From Squalus acanthias (taxonomy: Eukaryota), in NCBI GenBank assembly GCA_030390025.1, contig CM059431.1:95172001-95236000 (forward strand): 64,000 nucleotides of DNA, in the 5' to 3' direction. A model generated the notes under the pieces. That model made no database searches. It was not told where the DNA came from and was given only the letters and a program-made list of their open reading frames with translations. Every line of letters begins with the position of its first letter. The first letter of the stretch is position 1. Positions 35,536 to 48,149 of the stretch are shown here, in pieces. The position numbers were made by a program, and so were the translations under genes.

Positions 35536-36677
35536 AGAAGAAACACCGTCATTCGATTTCACACTCCTAGCCATCAGCTCCTCGAGGTCGTCCTGCAAAC
35601 CCATCTGCAGTGACCCACACTGAAAGTCAGCAGCCTTCCACCAGCCATGCTGTAGTCACTGGGGTAGCACTGCGTAAGAGCACTAGGATAGGCAAAGGCA
35701 CACGCAAGACACTCACTAAGGGAATGCATAAGGGTGATTAGTTGATTTTTTGATGTAATATTGGATGCAAAAATGGATAAAGTTGGATTGGAAAGTTTGC
35801 TTTGTGGTGGCTTTTATTTCAGCAATGTGGCCAAGAGGACGCTGTGATGGTCAGTAACAGAAGGAAGGTAAGGTGTGGGACAAATGTTGAAAGGGGAATT
35901 GGAGATGTGTTCATTGGTACTGCAGGTGGATGATTTGATCCTGGAAATTCCTGGCCAGAAAGGGTCTGTCTGGGTTGCTTCCTTCCTTTCGCTTCCTCCT
36001 CTTCTGCTTCCTCCTCTTCCGCTTCCTCCTGCTCCTCCTCCTCCACCTCTTCCTCCTCCTCCTTCCTCTGCGAGCAGCTTGTCCCCTTTGCTGCCTCTGC
36101 TCCATCTCCATGTCATGCTGCAGCCCAAGGGAGACTGCAAATAGAGCCCCCAGGACTGGGAGCAAGTGGTGTTCTCAGAGGCCTTCCTTTAAGAGCCAAT
36201 GCCTTGCAAACATCCAACAGCACTCCCTGCACTCCCTGCACACTTTAACAACTTTATAAATATTGTACACCAAGCCAGTACTCCAATAAAATGTAAAGAA
36301 ACCAGTACAAAAGCAAAAATCTAAACTTACCTGAAAGTTGCATGTGTCCCTTTAAGAAGCGTTGATAGGGGGTCCGTCATACAGCTGCATGCACATTCTG
36401 CTGTGCATGCTTTGGGAAGAGCATTAAAAGGAGCAACGTCATCCAAAATAGCAGGTTGTGCATCAATTCAGCAATTCAGCATTGCACGCTGATTGACATC
36501 ACAATCTGACTAATTTCCATAACTGGAGTGAGCGCAGGCAATGGCAGCACTACTGACCTGCCCAAAATGGTGGCCGCCGCGTTCCGCACCGGAAGTGGGC
36601 AGAAGCAAGGCAGCCGTCATTTTGTTCATCCAAACTGGCCATAACACCCAGCGCAAATGGGCCAAATTTCATGGGCC
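34900..36677. mobile_element. Non-autonomous Harbinger derivative, copy B (inverted relative to copy A)
   Basis: Terminal AAATTTCATGGGCC; same internal junctions as 21973-23860; Myb exon-1 remnant at 34905-35047. Confidence 0.75.
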
Positions 36678-37319
36678 ATATACACACATGAACCACACTG
36701 CCCTCATCTACCCTCTCTGTTACCTCATCAAAAACTCAATCAAGTTAGTCAAACACGATTTGCCCTGAGCAGATCCGTGCTGGCTCTCCTTTATTAATCC
36801 ATGCTTGTCCAAGTGGCTGTTAATTTTCTCCCGGATTGTTGTTTCTAAAAGCTTCCACACCACCGACTGGCCTGTAATTGCCAGGTCTATCCTTCTCCCC
36901 TTTTTTGAACAAGGGTGTAACATTTGCAATACTCCAGTCCTCTGGCAGCAGCCCTGTATCTAAGGAGGATTGGAAGAGTGTGGCCAGCACCTCCGCAATT
37001 TCTACCCTTACTTCCCTCAGCAACTTAGGATGCATCCCATCCGGACCGGGTGACTTATCTACTTTAAGTACTGCCAGCCTTCCTAGTAACTCCTCTTTAT
37101 CTATTTTTATCTCATCCAGTATCCTAGCAACCTCCTTGTTTACCATAGCTTTGGCAAAGTCCTCTTCCTTGGTAAACACCGATGCAAATTACTCATTTAG
37201 TACCTCAGCCATGCCTTCTGCCTCCAACAATAGATCTCCATTTTGGTCCTTAATCAGCCCCACCACTCCTCTGACAACCCTTTCACTTTTAATATGCCTG
37301 TGGATGACCTTTGGATAAT

Positions 37320-37333
37320 CCAGCAGAGGGCAC
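37320..37333 (+). promoter_or_regulatory. CTCF consensus match
   Basis: CCAGCAGAGGGCAC; motif match only. Confidence 0.35.
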
Positions 37334-37356
37334 TATGTCCCTAGTATAGAGATATC

Positions 37357-38080
37357 AGGGTGGAGTTTCCGCTTTGGTCGCAATCGGCGACCCGGGTGCA
37401 ATTTGTGCCCAAAGTTGCGTTAGTTTTAAGTGTTTTTTTCTCAAGTTACTGCTCAAACTCATTTGCATATCGCCAAATGTAAAATCTGCCATGAACCAGT
37501 GGAATCAGGCAATGTTTTAGATCACAATTTTTGTTTTTAAATTTTGCTTTAAAAAGTATTCTTTGATATATTTAAGAGTGGCATCTTGGTGCAGTTTGAT
37601 TAATCGAGCGGAAAGTGGGTTTATCACAAAAAATAAACATTTTAATCACAGTGTCTAGTCTACCACCTGGGAGTACCCGATTTTAAATAACTCAAAATGT
37701 ATTTTAAAAACTATACAGAACCATTTGCTAGTTATATTGGTGCACAGTAGTCAGATTCTTTGTAAATTAGAAAAAAATGTCATATTCAAAAGCTTTTAAA
37801 CCATGCCTGTTAGTGTCTTTGTACCTAAAGAAACATTAGTTTTTAGAGCCTCCTCGAAGGCTTGCAAACGAGCGCAATTAGCCAAAACTCGCCATGGTGA
37901 TTAATTCAATTTGGGGACGTGGCAGGTTTTGTGGGTGGGGTTGGCTTCTAGCGCGATGTTTTTAAAACTAGTACAAAAGATTGCTGAAACATGATTTGTG
38001 CTGAATATAATTTGTGCCTTTGCGCTGGTTTGGCCGATTTCGGCGAATAAACCAACGCAACCGAGTGGAAACTCCAGGCC
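37357..38080. mobile_element. Harbinger-type MITE
   Basis: ATC TSD; TIRs AGGGTGGAGTTTCC / GGAAACTCCAGGCC. Confidence 0.8.
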
Positions 38081-38340
38081 ATCATCGGTAAAGTAATTGC
38101 TCTTTTTGGGCAGGCTTCATTATCAACTAATCACTTATAAGAATATTTTGGCAGGTCAGATATATCAGGCTGTTTATTAAGGTGCACTATACCTGGATGC
38201 AGCAGCTAATTCAGCATAATTTTTAAAAACTTTTGCCAAGCACTGCCAGCCAACCTATTATGCAGCAATGCACCGTATAACTTCCTCACCTCTTCCACCT
38301 CATCTCCAGTGCCTGTTATCAGTATGTTAATGACCATGAA

Positions 38341-38496
38341 CAACGTTCCCTCTAAGCTGCACGGCCATGCACCTCTCTGCCGGTCCCGCTCAGCCTGGGA
38401 CCGGCTTTTTCAATGTTAAATTTTACGCATACTGTGAATGGGCCTCGCAGCCCCTTAAAGAGGCCCTGCACACAAAAAAAATTAACAGGATCATTG
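38341..38496. mobile_element. Small hAT-type MITE
   Basis: CAA...TTG degenerate 15-bp TIRs; 8-bp TSD ACCATGAA / ACCATGAC (7 of 8). Confidence 0.6.
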
Positions 38497-38644
38497 ACCA
38501 TGACCCTGGTAAATGGGTCCCGCATCCGAGGTGCATGTAAGGAGTGTGCGGTCCTCCCACCGAAGGTTCGCCCTCATTGGTGCCGATGCTGTGCTCTTTG
38601 AGTTATATTTCAAGTATGGTTTAACACCTCTCACTTTATTCATG

Positions 38645-38972
38645 TTTCAGATGAGACGTTAAACTGAGGCCCCATCTGCCCTCTCAGGTGGACGAAAAAG
38701 ATCCCATGGAACTATTTGAAGAATAGCAGGGGAGTACTCATAGTATCCTGGCCAATATTTATCCCGTAACCAACATCACTAAAAAAAAGATTAACTGGTC
38801 ATTATCTCATTTCTGTTTGTGGGACCTTGCTGTGTGCTAATTGACTCGTGTACATGTGTTTCGTACATTATAACAGTAACTACACTTCAAAAAAGTACTT
38901 TATTGGCTGTAAAACACTTTGGACGTCCTGAGATTATGAAAGGATTGTGAAAGGCACTATATAAATTCAAAT
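38645..38972 (+). mobile_element. Deu-domain SINE with L2-like tail
   Basis: TTTCAGATGAGACGTTAAAC...CCTGGCCAATATTTATCCC...AAAGGCACTATATAAAT. Confidence 0.75.
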
Positions 38973-38981
38973 GTGTTAGTT

Positions 38982-39059
38982 CTATCTATCTGTCTGTCTG
39001 CCTCTTCTATCTATCTATCTATCTATCTGTCTGTTTGTCTATCTATCTATCTATCTATC
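38982..39059. repeat. (TCTA/TCTG)n microsatellite
   Basis: Read directly from the sequence. Confidence 0.95.
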
Positions 39060-39066
39060 ACACTAT

Positions 39067-39360
39067 GGCCGGAATTTTCCGAGGTGGTAGCGGGCGTGAT
39101 CGGTGGTGGGTCGGGTGGGAAACCGCTGTCATCCACCCCCCACGTGCCTTTCCCCCAGGCGCGTATGTCATCGTGGAGCCGACCTGACTGGCAGCGGTGG
39201 GCAACCCAATTGAGATGATTAACAGCTAGCTGTCAGACGCTTGACAGGCTTTTTAAACTTACTTTTTTAATTTCCCTGCATGGCCACGGCAACCACGCTG
39301 CTCGGGAAGCACGTCTGTCAACCTGAGGCGGGAGTTCCGTGGCCATCGCTCCAGCTGATT
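39067..39360. mobile_element. Harbinger terminal fragment
   Basis: GGCCGGAATTTTCC...GGGCGTGATCGG...GGGTCGGGTGGGAA matches the reverse complement of the 16970 end. Confidence 0.7.
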
Positions 39361-39381
39361 ATTTGACTGCATCAAATGTTC

Positions 39382-42300
39382 AGTGGTAGTTTAGTGGTAA
39401 TGTCACTGAGCTAGTAATCCCGAGGTCTGGACTAATGATCCAGAGTTGTGAGCTCAAATCCCACAAAGGCAGCTGGGAAATTTAAATTCAGTAAATTAAA
39501 TAAATCTGGAATAAAAAACTATCAGCAGTAATGGTGACCATGAAACAATCGGATTGTCGTAAAAACCCATCTGGTTTACTAATGTCCTTCAGGGAAAGAA
39601 ATCTGCTGTCGTTACCCTGGTCTGGCCTATACATGACTCCAGACTCACAGCAATGTGGTTAACTCTTAACTGCCCTCTGAAATGGCCTAGCAAGTCACTC
39701 AGTTGTAACTAACTGCTACGAAACATAATAAGAATGAAACCGGACGGACCACATGGCATCGACCTTGGCACCGGCTACGGACACGACAATGGCACACCTA
39801 GCCCAGTCGACCCTACAAAGTCCTCCTAACCAACATCTGGGGACTTGTGCCAAAATTGGGAGAACTGTCCCACAGACAAGACAAGCAACAGCCTGACATA
39901 GTCATACTGACAGAATCGTACCTTTCAGCTAATGTCCCAAACTCCTCCATCACCATCCCTGGGTATGTCCTGTCCCACAGGCAGGACAGATCCACCAGGG
40001 GTGGTGGCACAGTGGTATACAGTCGAGGAGGAGTGGCCCTGGGAGTCCTCAACATTGACTCCGGACCCCATGAAGTCTCATGGTTTCAGGTCAAGCATGG
40101 GCAAGAAAACCTCCTGTTGATTACCACCTACTGCCCTCCCTCAGCTGATGAATCAGTACTCCTCCATGTTGAACACCACTTGGAAGAAACACTGAGAGTA
40201 GCAAGGGCACAGAATGTACTATGGGTGGGGGACTTCAATGTCCATCAGCAAGAGTGGCTCGATAGCACCACTACTGACCGAGCTGGCTGAGTCCTGAAGG
40301 ACATAGCTGCCAGTCTGGGCCTGCGACAGGTGGTGAGAGAACCAACACGTGGGAAAAACCTACTTGACCTCGTCCTCACCAATCTACCTGTCGCAGATGC
40401 ATCTGTCAATGACAGTATTGGTAGCAATGACCACCGCACAGTCATTGTGGAGACAAATCCCGACTTCACACTGAGGACACCCTCCATCGTGTTGTGTGGC
40501 ATTACCACCATGTTAAATGGGATAGATTCTGAACAGATCTAGCAGCTCAAAACTGGGCATCCAAGAAGCACTGTGGCCCAACAGCAGCAGCAGAATTGTA
40601 TTCCACCACAATCTGTAACCTCATGGCCTGGCATATCCCTCACTCTACCATTACCACCAAGTCAGGGGACCAACCCTGGCTCAATAAGGAGTGTAGAAGG
40701 GCATGCCAGGAGCAGCATCAGGCGGACACCTAAAAATGAGGTGCCAACTTGGGGAAGCTGCAACACAGGACTACATGCATGCTAAAAAGCAGAAGCAGCA
40801 TGCTATAGAAAGGGCTAAGCGAGCCCACAATCAACGGATCAGATCAAAGCTCTGCAGTCCTGCCACATCCAGTCGTGAATGGTGGTGGACCATTAAACAA
40901 CTAACGGGAGGAGGAGGCTCCATGAATATCCCCATCCTCAATGATGGTGGAGCCCAGCACGTGAGTGCAAAAGACAAGGCTGAAGCGTTTGCAACCATCT
41001 TCAGCCAGAAGTGCCAAGTGGATGATCCATATCGGCCGACTCCTGAGGTCCCCTCCATCACAGAAGCCAGTCTTCAGCCAATTCGATTCACTCCACGGCT
41101 GAGCGCACTGGATACATCAAAGGCCATGGGCCCCGACAACATCCCGGCTATCGTGCTGAAAACTTGTGCTCCAGAACTAGCCATGACTCTAGCCCAGCTG
41201 TTCCATTACAGCTACAACACTGGCATCTATCCAACAATGTGGAAAACTGCCCAGGTATTTCCTGTCCACAAAAAGCAGGACAAAATCCAATCTGGCCAAT
41301 TACTGCCTCAACAGTCTACTCTCAATCATCAGCAAAGTGATGGAAGGTGTCATCGACAGTGCTATCAAGCGGCACCTACTCACCAAAAACCTGCTCACTG
41401 ATGCCCAGTTTGGGTTCCGCCAAAACCACTCGGCTCCTGGCCTCATTACAGCCTTGGTCCAAACATGGACAAAGGAGCTGAATTCCAGAGGTGAGGTGAG
41501 AGTGACTGCCCTTGACATCAAGGCTGCATTTGACTGAGTGTGGCATCAAGGAGCCCTAGCAAAACTGAAGTCAATGGGAATCGGGGGAAAACGCTCCACT
41601 GGCTGGAGTCATACCTAGCACAAAGGAAGATGGTTGTGGTGGTTGAAGGTCAATCATCACAGCCCCAGGATATTGCTGCCGGAGTTCCTCAGGGCAGTGT
41701 CCTAGGCCCAACCATCTTCAGCTGCTTCATCAATGACCTTCCCTCCAACATAAGGTCAGAAATGGGGATGTTCGCTGATGATTCTACAGTGTTCAGCGCC
41801 ATTGACAACTCCTCAGATAATGAAGCAGTCCATGCCCTCATGCAACAAGACCTGGACGACGTTCAGGCTTGGGCTGATAAGTGGCAGGTAACATTCGCAC
41901 CACATAAGTGCCAGGCAATGACTATCTCCAACAAGCGAGAGTCTAACCACCTCCCCTTGACATTCAATGGCATTACCCTCGCTGAACCCCCACCATCAAC
42001 ATCCTGGGGGTCACCATTAACCAGAAGCTTAACTGGACCAGCCGCATAAATACTTTGGCAACAAGAGCAGGTCAGAGTTTAGGTATTCTGTGGCGAGTGT
42101 CTCACCTCCTGACTCAACAGAGCCTTTCCACCATCTACAAGGCACAAGTAAGGAGTGTGATGGAATACTCTTCACTTGCCTGGATGAGTGCAGCTGCAAC
42201 AACACTCAAGAATCTTGACACCATCCAGGACAAAGCAGCCCGCTTGATTCGCTCCCTCCACCACTGGCGTACCGTGGCTTCAGTGTGTACCATCTACAAG

Positions 42301-42630
42301 ATGCACTGCAGCAACTCGCCAAGGCTTCTTCGGCAGCACCTCCCAAATCTGCAGCCTCTTGTACCTAGAAGGACAAGGGCAGCAGGCGCATGGGAACACC
42401 AGCACCTCCAAGTTCCCCTCCAAGTCACACACCATCCTGACATAGAAGTATATCGCCGATCCTTTGTCGTTGCTGGGTCAAAATCCTGGAACTCCCTACC
42501 TAACAGCACTGTGGGAGTACCTTCACCGCACGGACTGCAGCTGTTCAAGAAGGCGGCTCACCACCACCTTCTCAAGGGCAGTTAGGAATGGGCAATAAAT
42601 GCTGGCCTTGCCAACGATGCCAACATCCCA
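39382..42630 (+). mobile_element. Near full-length ORF1-less CR1-group (Zenon-like) LINE with a tRNA-derived 5' head
   Basis: Pol III A/B boxes at the 5' end; a single EN-RT ORF from ATG 39734 to stop 42585 with several disruptions; short 3' UTR. Confidence 0.85.
39734..42585 (+). pseudogene. APE endonuclease plus reverse transcriptase (disrupted)
   Basis: NIWGL, DIVILTES, VGDFNVH, LDLVLTN, SNDH; GPDNIP, QFGFR, ALDIKAAFD, GVPQGSVLGP, MFADD, WNSLP. Confidence 0.9.
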
Positions 42631-42631
42631 T

Positions 42632-44935
42632 AAACTGCAGAGTACACTATCTATCCCCCGAATTATCAAATCCCCTATGCCTATAACATTTCTTTTCTGC
42701 CCCTTCCCCCCCATTGGACTGCCTCCTGCTCTACATTGCAATGGTTAGCATTCTGCTCATCCTCTCTGCAGCCTTCATCCTTATCCTCACAGGTAGCTAG
42801 TAGAATGTACCTGTTGGATAGGACCAGTGTCTTTGGTACTTCCTCCTCTACCTCCTCTAGGTTCCCCTTACCCTGCTAACTGGCAGTCGCACTCTCCCCT
42901 TCCTGCATCTGTGCTTTTCTCTGAGGTGTGACTGTACTCTGGAGAAAACTATCCAGATATTCCTCCCCCTCCTTTATGTGTCAGAGTGTCTCTAATGCAC
43001 ACTCCAGCTCAAGGACTCTGAGCTGGAGTGTCTCAAGGTAAAGACATTTCCTGGAGATGTGGCAATCTGTGACCGTCTTGCTGTCCACAAACTCCCACAT
43101 ACTGCAGTCCTGACACACTACATTTGCTGACATTTCTAATCTTTATTAATTGTTAGCATTAATGTATTTGTAGAGTTAATAGAATCACTTGAAGTCTAGT
43201 ATTAAATAGTTGATGGATTAGTTTGATTTTGAATTAATTGGTAATTAATTATGCTGATTATTTATGTATAGCAGATGCTTATTAATGCAAATTGGATCCT
43301 TTTAATGTTAGTTTCCTGCATTTAGTTTATTTTATCCCCATATATCTATTTAGCCTCTTAGGTCTATTTGTTTACCAAAAGAATATTATCTTCTTAATAC
43401 TTAAGATTCTGAGGGACAAAATCAATCTCCACTTGGAGAGGCAAGGATTAATCAGGGTTAGCCAACATGGCTTTGTCAAGAGAAGATCATGTCTGACTAA
43501 TTTGATTGAATTTTTTGAGGGGGTGACTAGGTGTGTGGATGAGGGTAACGCAGTGGATGTGGTATACATGGATTTCAGTAAGGCCTTCGATAAAGTCCCG
43601 CACAGGAGACTGGTCAAGAAGGTAAGAGCCCATGGAATCCAGGGTGACTTGGCACATTGGATACAAAACTGGCTCAGTGGCAGAAGGCAGAGGGTGATGG
43701 TCGAAGGTTGTTTTTGTGACTGGAAGCCTGTGGCCAGTGGGGTACCACAGGGATCGGTGCTGGGTCCCTTGCTGTTTGTGGTCTACATTAACGACTTGGT
43801 TATGAATGTAAAAGGTATGATCAGTAAGTTCGCGGATGATACAAAAATTGGTAGGGTGGTAAATAGCGAGGAGGGTAGCCTCAGTCTGCAGGACGATATA
43901 GATGGGTTGGTTAGATGGGCGGAACAGTGGCAAATGGAATTTAATTTGGAAAAGTGCGAGGTGATGCACTTTGGAGGGACTAACAAGGCAAGGGAATACA
44001 CAATGAATGGTAAGACCCTAGGCAAGACGGAGGGTCAGAGGGATCTTGGTGTGCAAGTACACACATCCCTGAAGGCGGCGGAACAGGTGGATAAGGTGGT
44101 AAAAAAGGCATATGGGATACTTGCATTCATTAGCCGAGGCATAGAATATAAGAGCAAGGAGGTTATGATGGAGCTGTATAAAATACTGGTTAGGCCACAT
44201 CTGCAATACTGTGTGCAGTTCTGGTCGCCACACTACAGGAAGGATGTGATCGCTTTGGAGAGGGTGCAGAGGAGATTCACCAAAATGTTACCCGGGCTGG
44301 AGTGCTTCAGCTATGAAGAGAGACTGGGCAGATTGGGTTTGTTTTCCTTGGAGCAGAGGAGGCTGAGGGGGGACATGATTGAGGTGTACAAAATTATGAG
44401 GGGCATAGATAGGATGGATACTAAGGAGCTTTTTCCCTTAGTAGAGGGGTCTATAACAAGGGGGCATAGATTCAAGGTAAAGGGCGGGAGGTTTAGAAGG
44501 GATTTGAGAAATAACTTTTTCACCCAGAGGGTGGTTGGAGTCTTGAACTCACTGCCTGAAAGGGTTGTGGAGGCAGGAACCCTCACAACATTCAAGAAGC
44601 ATTTGGATGAGCACTTGAAATGCCATAGCATACAAGGCTACGGACCAAATGCTGGAATATGGGATAAGATTAGACAGGGCTTGATGGCCGGCGCGGACAC
44701 GATGGGCCGAAGGGCCTCTATCCGTGCTGTATAACTCTATAAATGATAAATTAAGCACTTGGCTCTAATTCCTCAGGCTCCGCTAACTATGATAACTGTG
44801 CTGACTATGATGTCACTTTTTGAGTTTTTGCCTCTGTTTGTCTGGTATCTGCCATTCTGGGTCTCCTGATAGGCTCTGCTGCTGCCGGCTCTCACTTTCT
44901 GTTTGAATGTGCTGCTCGGGGTTTCCTGCTACGCT
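42632..44935 (-). mobile_element. CR1 5' part (5' UTR plus ORF1 zinc-finger/esterase start), interrupted by 43403-44740
   Basis: - strand MSANVVCQDCSMWEF near 43130 and VIGIGDLIIRGID (GDS-I-IR-like esterase block). Confidence 0.65.
43403..44740 (+). mobile_element. 5'-truncated CR1 with an open RT frame
   Basis: SQHGFVKRRSCLTN, YMDFSKAFD, KFADD uninterrupted within ORF 43292-44734. Confidence 0.95.
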
Positions 44936-45960
44936 TTACATATATCACAGGCTCTAATGTATACCTCCAGATTCTAAATCATGTCGCAAGCTCTAATGTA
45001 TATCTACAGATTCTAATGTATGTCACATGTTCTAATATATGTCACATGTTCTAATGTATGTTTCCAGATTCTACTGTATGTCGCAGGTTCTAATGTATGT
45101 TTTTTTTATTCGTTCATGGGATGTGGGTGTCGCTGGCAAGGCCAGCATTTATTGCCCATCCCTAATTGCCCTTGAGAAGGTGGTGGTGAGCCGCCTTTTT
45201 GAACCGCTGCAGTCCGTGTGGTGAAGGTACTCCAACAGTGCTATTAGGTAGGGAGTTCCAGGATTTTGACCCAGCGACGATGAAGGAACAGTGATATACT
45301 CCAAGTCAGGATGGTGTGTGACTTGGAAGAGAATTGGAGGTGGTGGTATTCCCATGCACCTGCTGCCCTTGTCCTTTTAGGTGGAAGAGGTTGCGGGTTT
45401 GGGAAGTGCTGCCAAAGAAGCCTTGGCGAGTTACTGCAGTGCATCTTGTAGATGGTGCACACTGCAGCCACGGTACGCCGGTGGTGGAGTGAATGAATAT
45501 TTAAGGTGGTGCCAATCAAGCGAGCTGCTTTGTCTTGGATGATGTTGAGCTTCTTGAGTGTTGTTGGCATCTTGAGTATGTTTCCGGATTCTAATGTTTC
45601 TCATAGAATCTGATGTATGTCAGAGGTTCTCATGTATAGCTCCAGATTCTAGTTTATGTCTCCATGTTCTAGGTTATCTCGCAGGTGCTAATATATATCT
45701 CCAGATTCTAATGTACATCACAGGTTCTAAAGTATATCATAGGTTCTAATGAATGTTTCCATATTCTACAGTATATTGCAGGTTCTAATGTATGTCGCAG
45801 GTATTAACATATGTTTCCGGATTCTGATGTTTGTCACAGATTTTAATGTATGTCAATAGTTCTAATGCAAATCTCTAGATTCTTATGTATGTCACAGGTT
45901 CTAATGTTTATCTCCAGGTTCTAATGTATGTCACAGATTCTAATGTATATCGCAAGTACT
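44936..45960. repeat. Degenerate ~19-bp minisatellite (CAGGTTCTAATGTATGTCA-like), split by a Zenon-like 3' fragment at 45102-45570 (-)
   Basis: TTCTAATGTA recurs at ~19-bp spacing; related short patch at 51665-51790. Confidence 0.85.
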
Positions 45961-46635
45961 AATTTATTAACCCAAGTGACAATTAATTTTGTCTCGGATT
46001 ATTGCCACTAAATGTTTCCCCACCACTAACATTAGGCTGACTGGCCTGTCATTGCCAGGTTTATCTATATTCTCTTATTTGAAAAATAATGTAACATTTG
46101 CAATCCTCCAGGCCTCTGGCACTGGTCCCATATATAAGGAGGATTAGAAGATTGAGGCCAGAGCCTCCACAATTTCCACTCCTATTTTCTTTAGCAACCT
46201 CAGATGCATCCCAGCTGGACTGGTTACTTTTCTGCTTTGAGCATTGTCAATATTTTAAGTACCTCCTCTTTATATATTTTTAGCCTACACAATTTCTCTC
46301 CTACCTCCTCCTTTACTGTGACATTGGCAGCATCCTCTTTAGTGAAACAGATGCAAAATGCTAATTTAGTGCCTCAGCCAAGCCTTCTGCCTCCACAAGA
46401 AGATTTCCTTTTTAGTCCCCAATTGGCCCCACCCTTTACTATGTATATGTTTAGAAAAAACTTTTGGGTTCCTTTTTATGTTACCCGCTAATCTATTCTC
46501 ATATACTCTCTTTGTCCCTCTTATTTCCTTTTTCTGTGCTCCTCTGTACTTTTCGTATTCAGCTTGGTTCTCTACTGTATTATGAGCCTAACATTTATCA
46601 TAAGTCTCCTTTTACTGTTTCATTTAAATCTCTAT

Positions 46636-47396
46636 GGGGGAGAAATTGAGTATCGCACTGTTTGGGAAGATAACTTTAGCAGTAACGAAAAAGTAGCGCC
46701 AGGCGCTACGCCAGTGAATCCGACATGAGCTTCGGGTTTAGCGCTCCGGGAAGGAAGTGGCGCACTAAATCAAGCGCTACCACTTCCCTTGGAGTGCTAA
46801 AGTTCAGCAAGAGGAGCGGTAGCGGTGCAGCGCAGCCCAATGTCGAGGGAAGCGCTGCCGGGAACGGAGGCTCCTTCCCTCCCTTAAAGGGAAGGGCCAT
46901 TGCTACAGGCTCTGCATTAAATTGATGTCCCTCGTCGCCGACGGCAGCCGAGATCCACGACGATCAGCCCCCAAGCACTCTAACAGAGCGCACGGCTGAT
47001 CAATCGCGGCACAGGAAAAAGTTGAAAAAACAACCTAAGGGGTGAAAACAAATTTTTCATTGACATGAGCGGCCTTACCTTTAAATACCGCTCCCCAAGC
47101 AGCCGGCCTCCCTAACAACGCCTCCTGCAGCTGTCGGTGTTATTGCCCAGCGATGTTGCAGGGGGCGGAACCGAAGTTCAGATCCAGGATGCTACTGGGG
47201 CGCTGAGCAGCCAGATAACGTCACGATCTCCGGGAGCAGGAGATCGTGGCGCTAGTGGTTACCGCCGCCGCAAACCTCCATGTCAATTTCGCGGGTGTCA
47301 ATACTATCGCCACGCCCGGTCGCAAGGCCGGTAGCGGCTCGTTATCACCCCCCGGAGGCGCTAACGGGAGGCGCAAAGGAGGCGAATTTCTAGCCC
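46636..47396. mobile_element. Harbinger-type MITE
   Basis: TIRs GGGGGAGAAATT / AATTTCTAGCCC; body similar to 31089-31980. Confidence 0.8.
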
Positions 47397-47653
47397 TCTA
47401 TCTTTAGTCATCCTGGCAGCTCTAGCTTTGAAGGCCCTTGCCTTCTACTCTCGTGGGAATGTGGGAATGTACCCGAGCTATCTCCTATTTGAAAGCTTCC
47501 TATTGATCATTTACACTTTTACATACCAATCTTTGATTCCCATCCACATAGACAAGATCCCCTTTCAACTATCTGAAATTAGCCTCCACTAGTTGAGTAT
47601 TTTCACGTTTGATTGTTCCTAGTTCTTTTCCATAACTACTCTAAATCTAATTA

Positions 47654-48149
47654 CAGGAAACTCTTGTTTAACCGGCACCTAAATATCCGGAATTCTCTCT
47701 TAACCGGCAAAAATCATACTCCGAAAACTCCTCTCAAATAACCGCCAATGTTGCCGAGTCTGAGTCCGAGTCTCCCGCAAACGCCGAGTTAGTCAGTGGG
47801 GGTAGTTCTCCAAAGTGCCACTACTCGGCCTCCTGGCGCTGTCGGAAGTCCGAACACTGCAGTAACAGGAGTCTGATTCTCCCGCGCTGCCGGGAGTCTC
47901 ACTTACTGTTAAGTAATTAAAGAGTTATGGATTACCCTCAACTGGCAGTACTGTACTTAATCAAGCATCTTGCACCATCCATTTAACACAACATTCTGTA
48001 GGTGAGTAACGAAATACTGTATACTGCACATTTCTTGATTTTTTTATGTTAAAAATAGCCTCGGTAGATATAACTCTCCGTTATCCGGAACTTTCGATCA
48101 ACCGGCACCACGCCGGTCCCGTCGGTGCCGGATACCAAAGAGTTTCCTG
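47654..48149. mobile_element. Tc1/mariner (Tigger/pogo-like) MITE
   Basis: TA TSD; 26-bp TIRs CAGGAAACTCTT...CCGGCACC. Confidence 0.9.

Larger units (their letters stand above)
31981..37315 (-). mobile_element. Older CR1 in pieces (31981-32840, 34806-34895, 36678-37315) hosting three insertions
   Basis: RT segments are collinear once the inserts are removed; DKSPGPDGMHP at the 5' side. Confidence 0.8.

Noticed and set aside
35814..36259. Gly-, Pro- or Glu-rich ORFs
   Set aside because: These are low-complexity GAG/CCT tracts within a Harbinger derivative.
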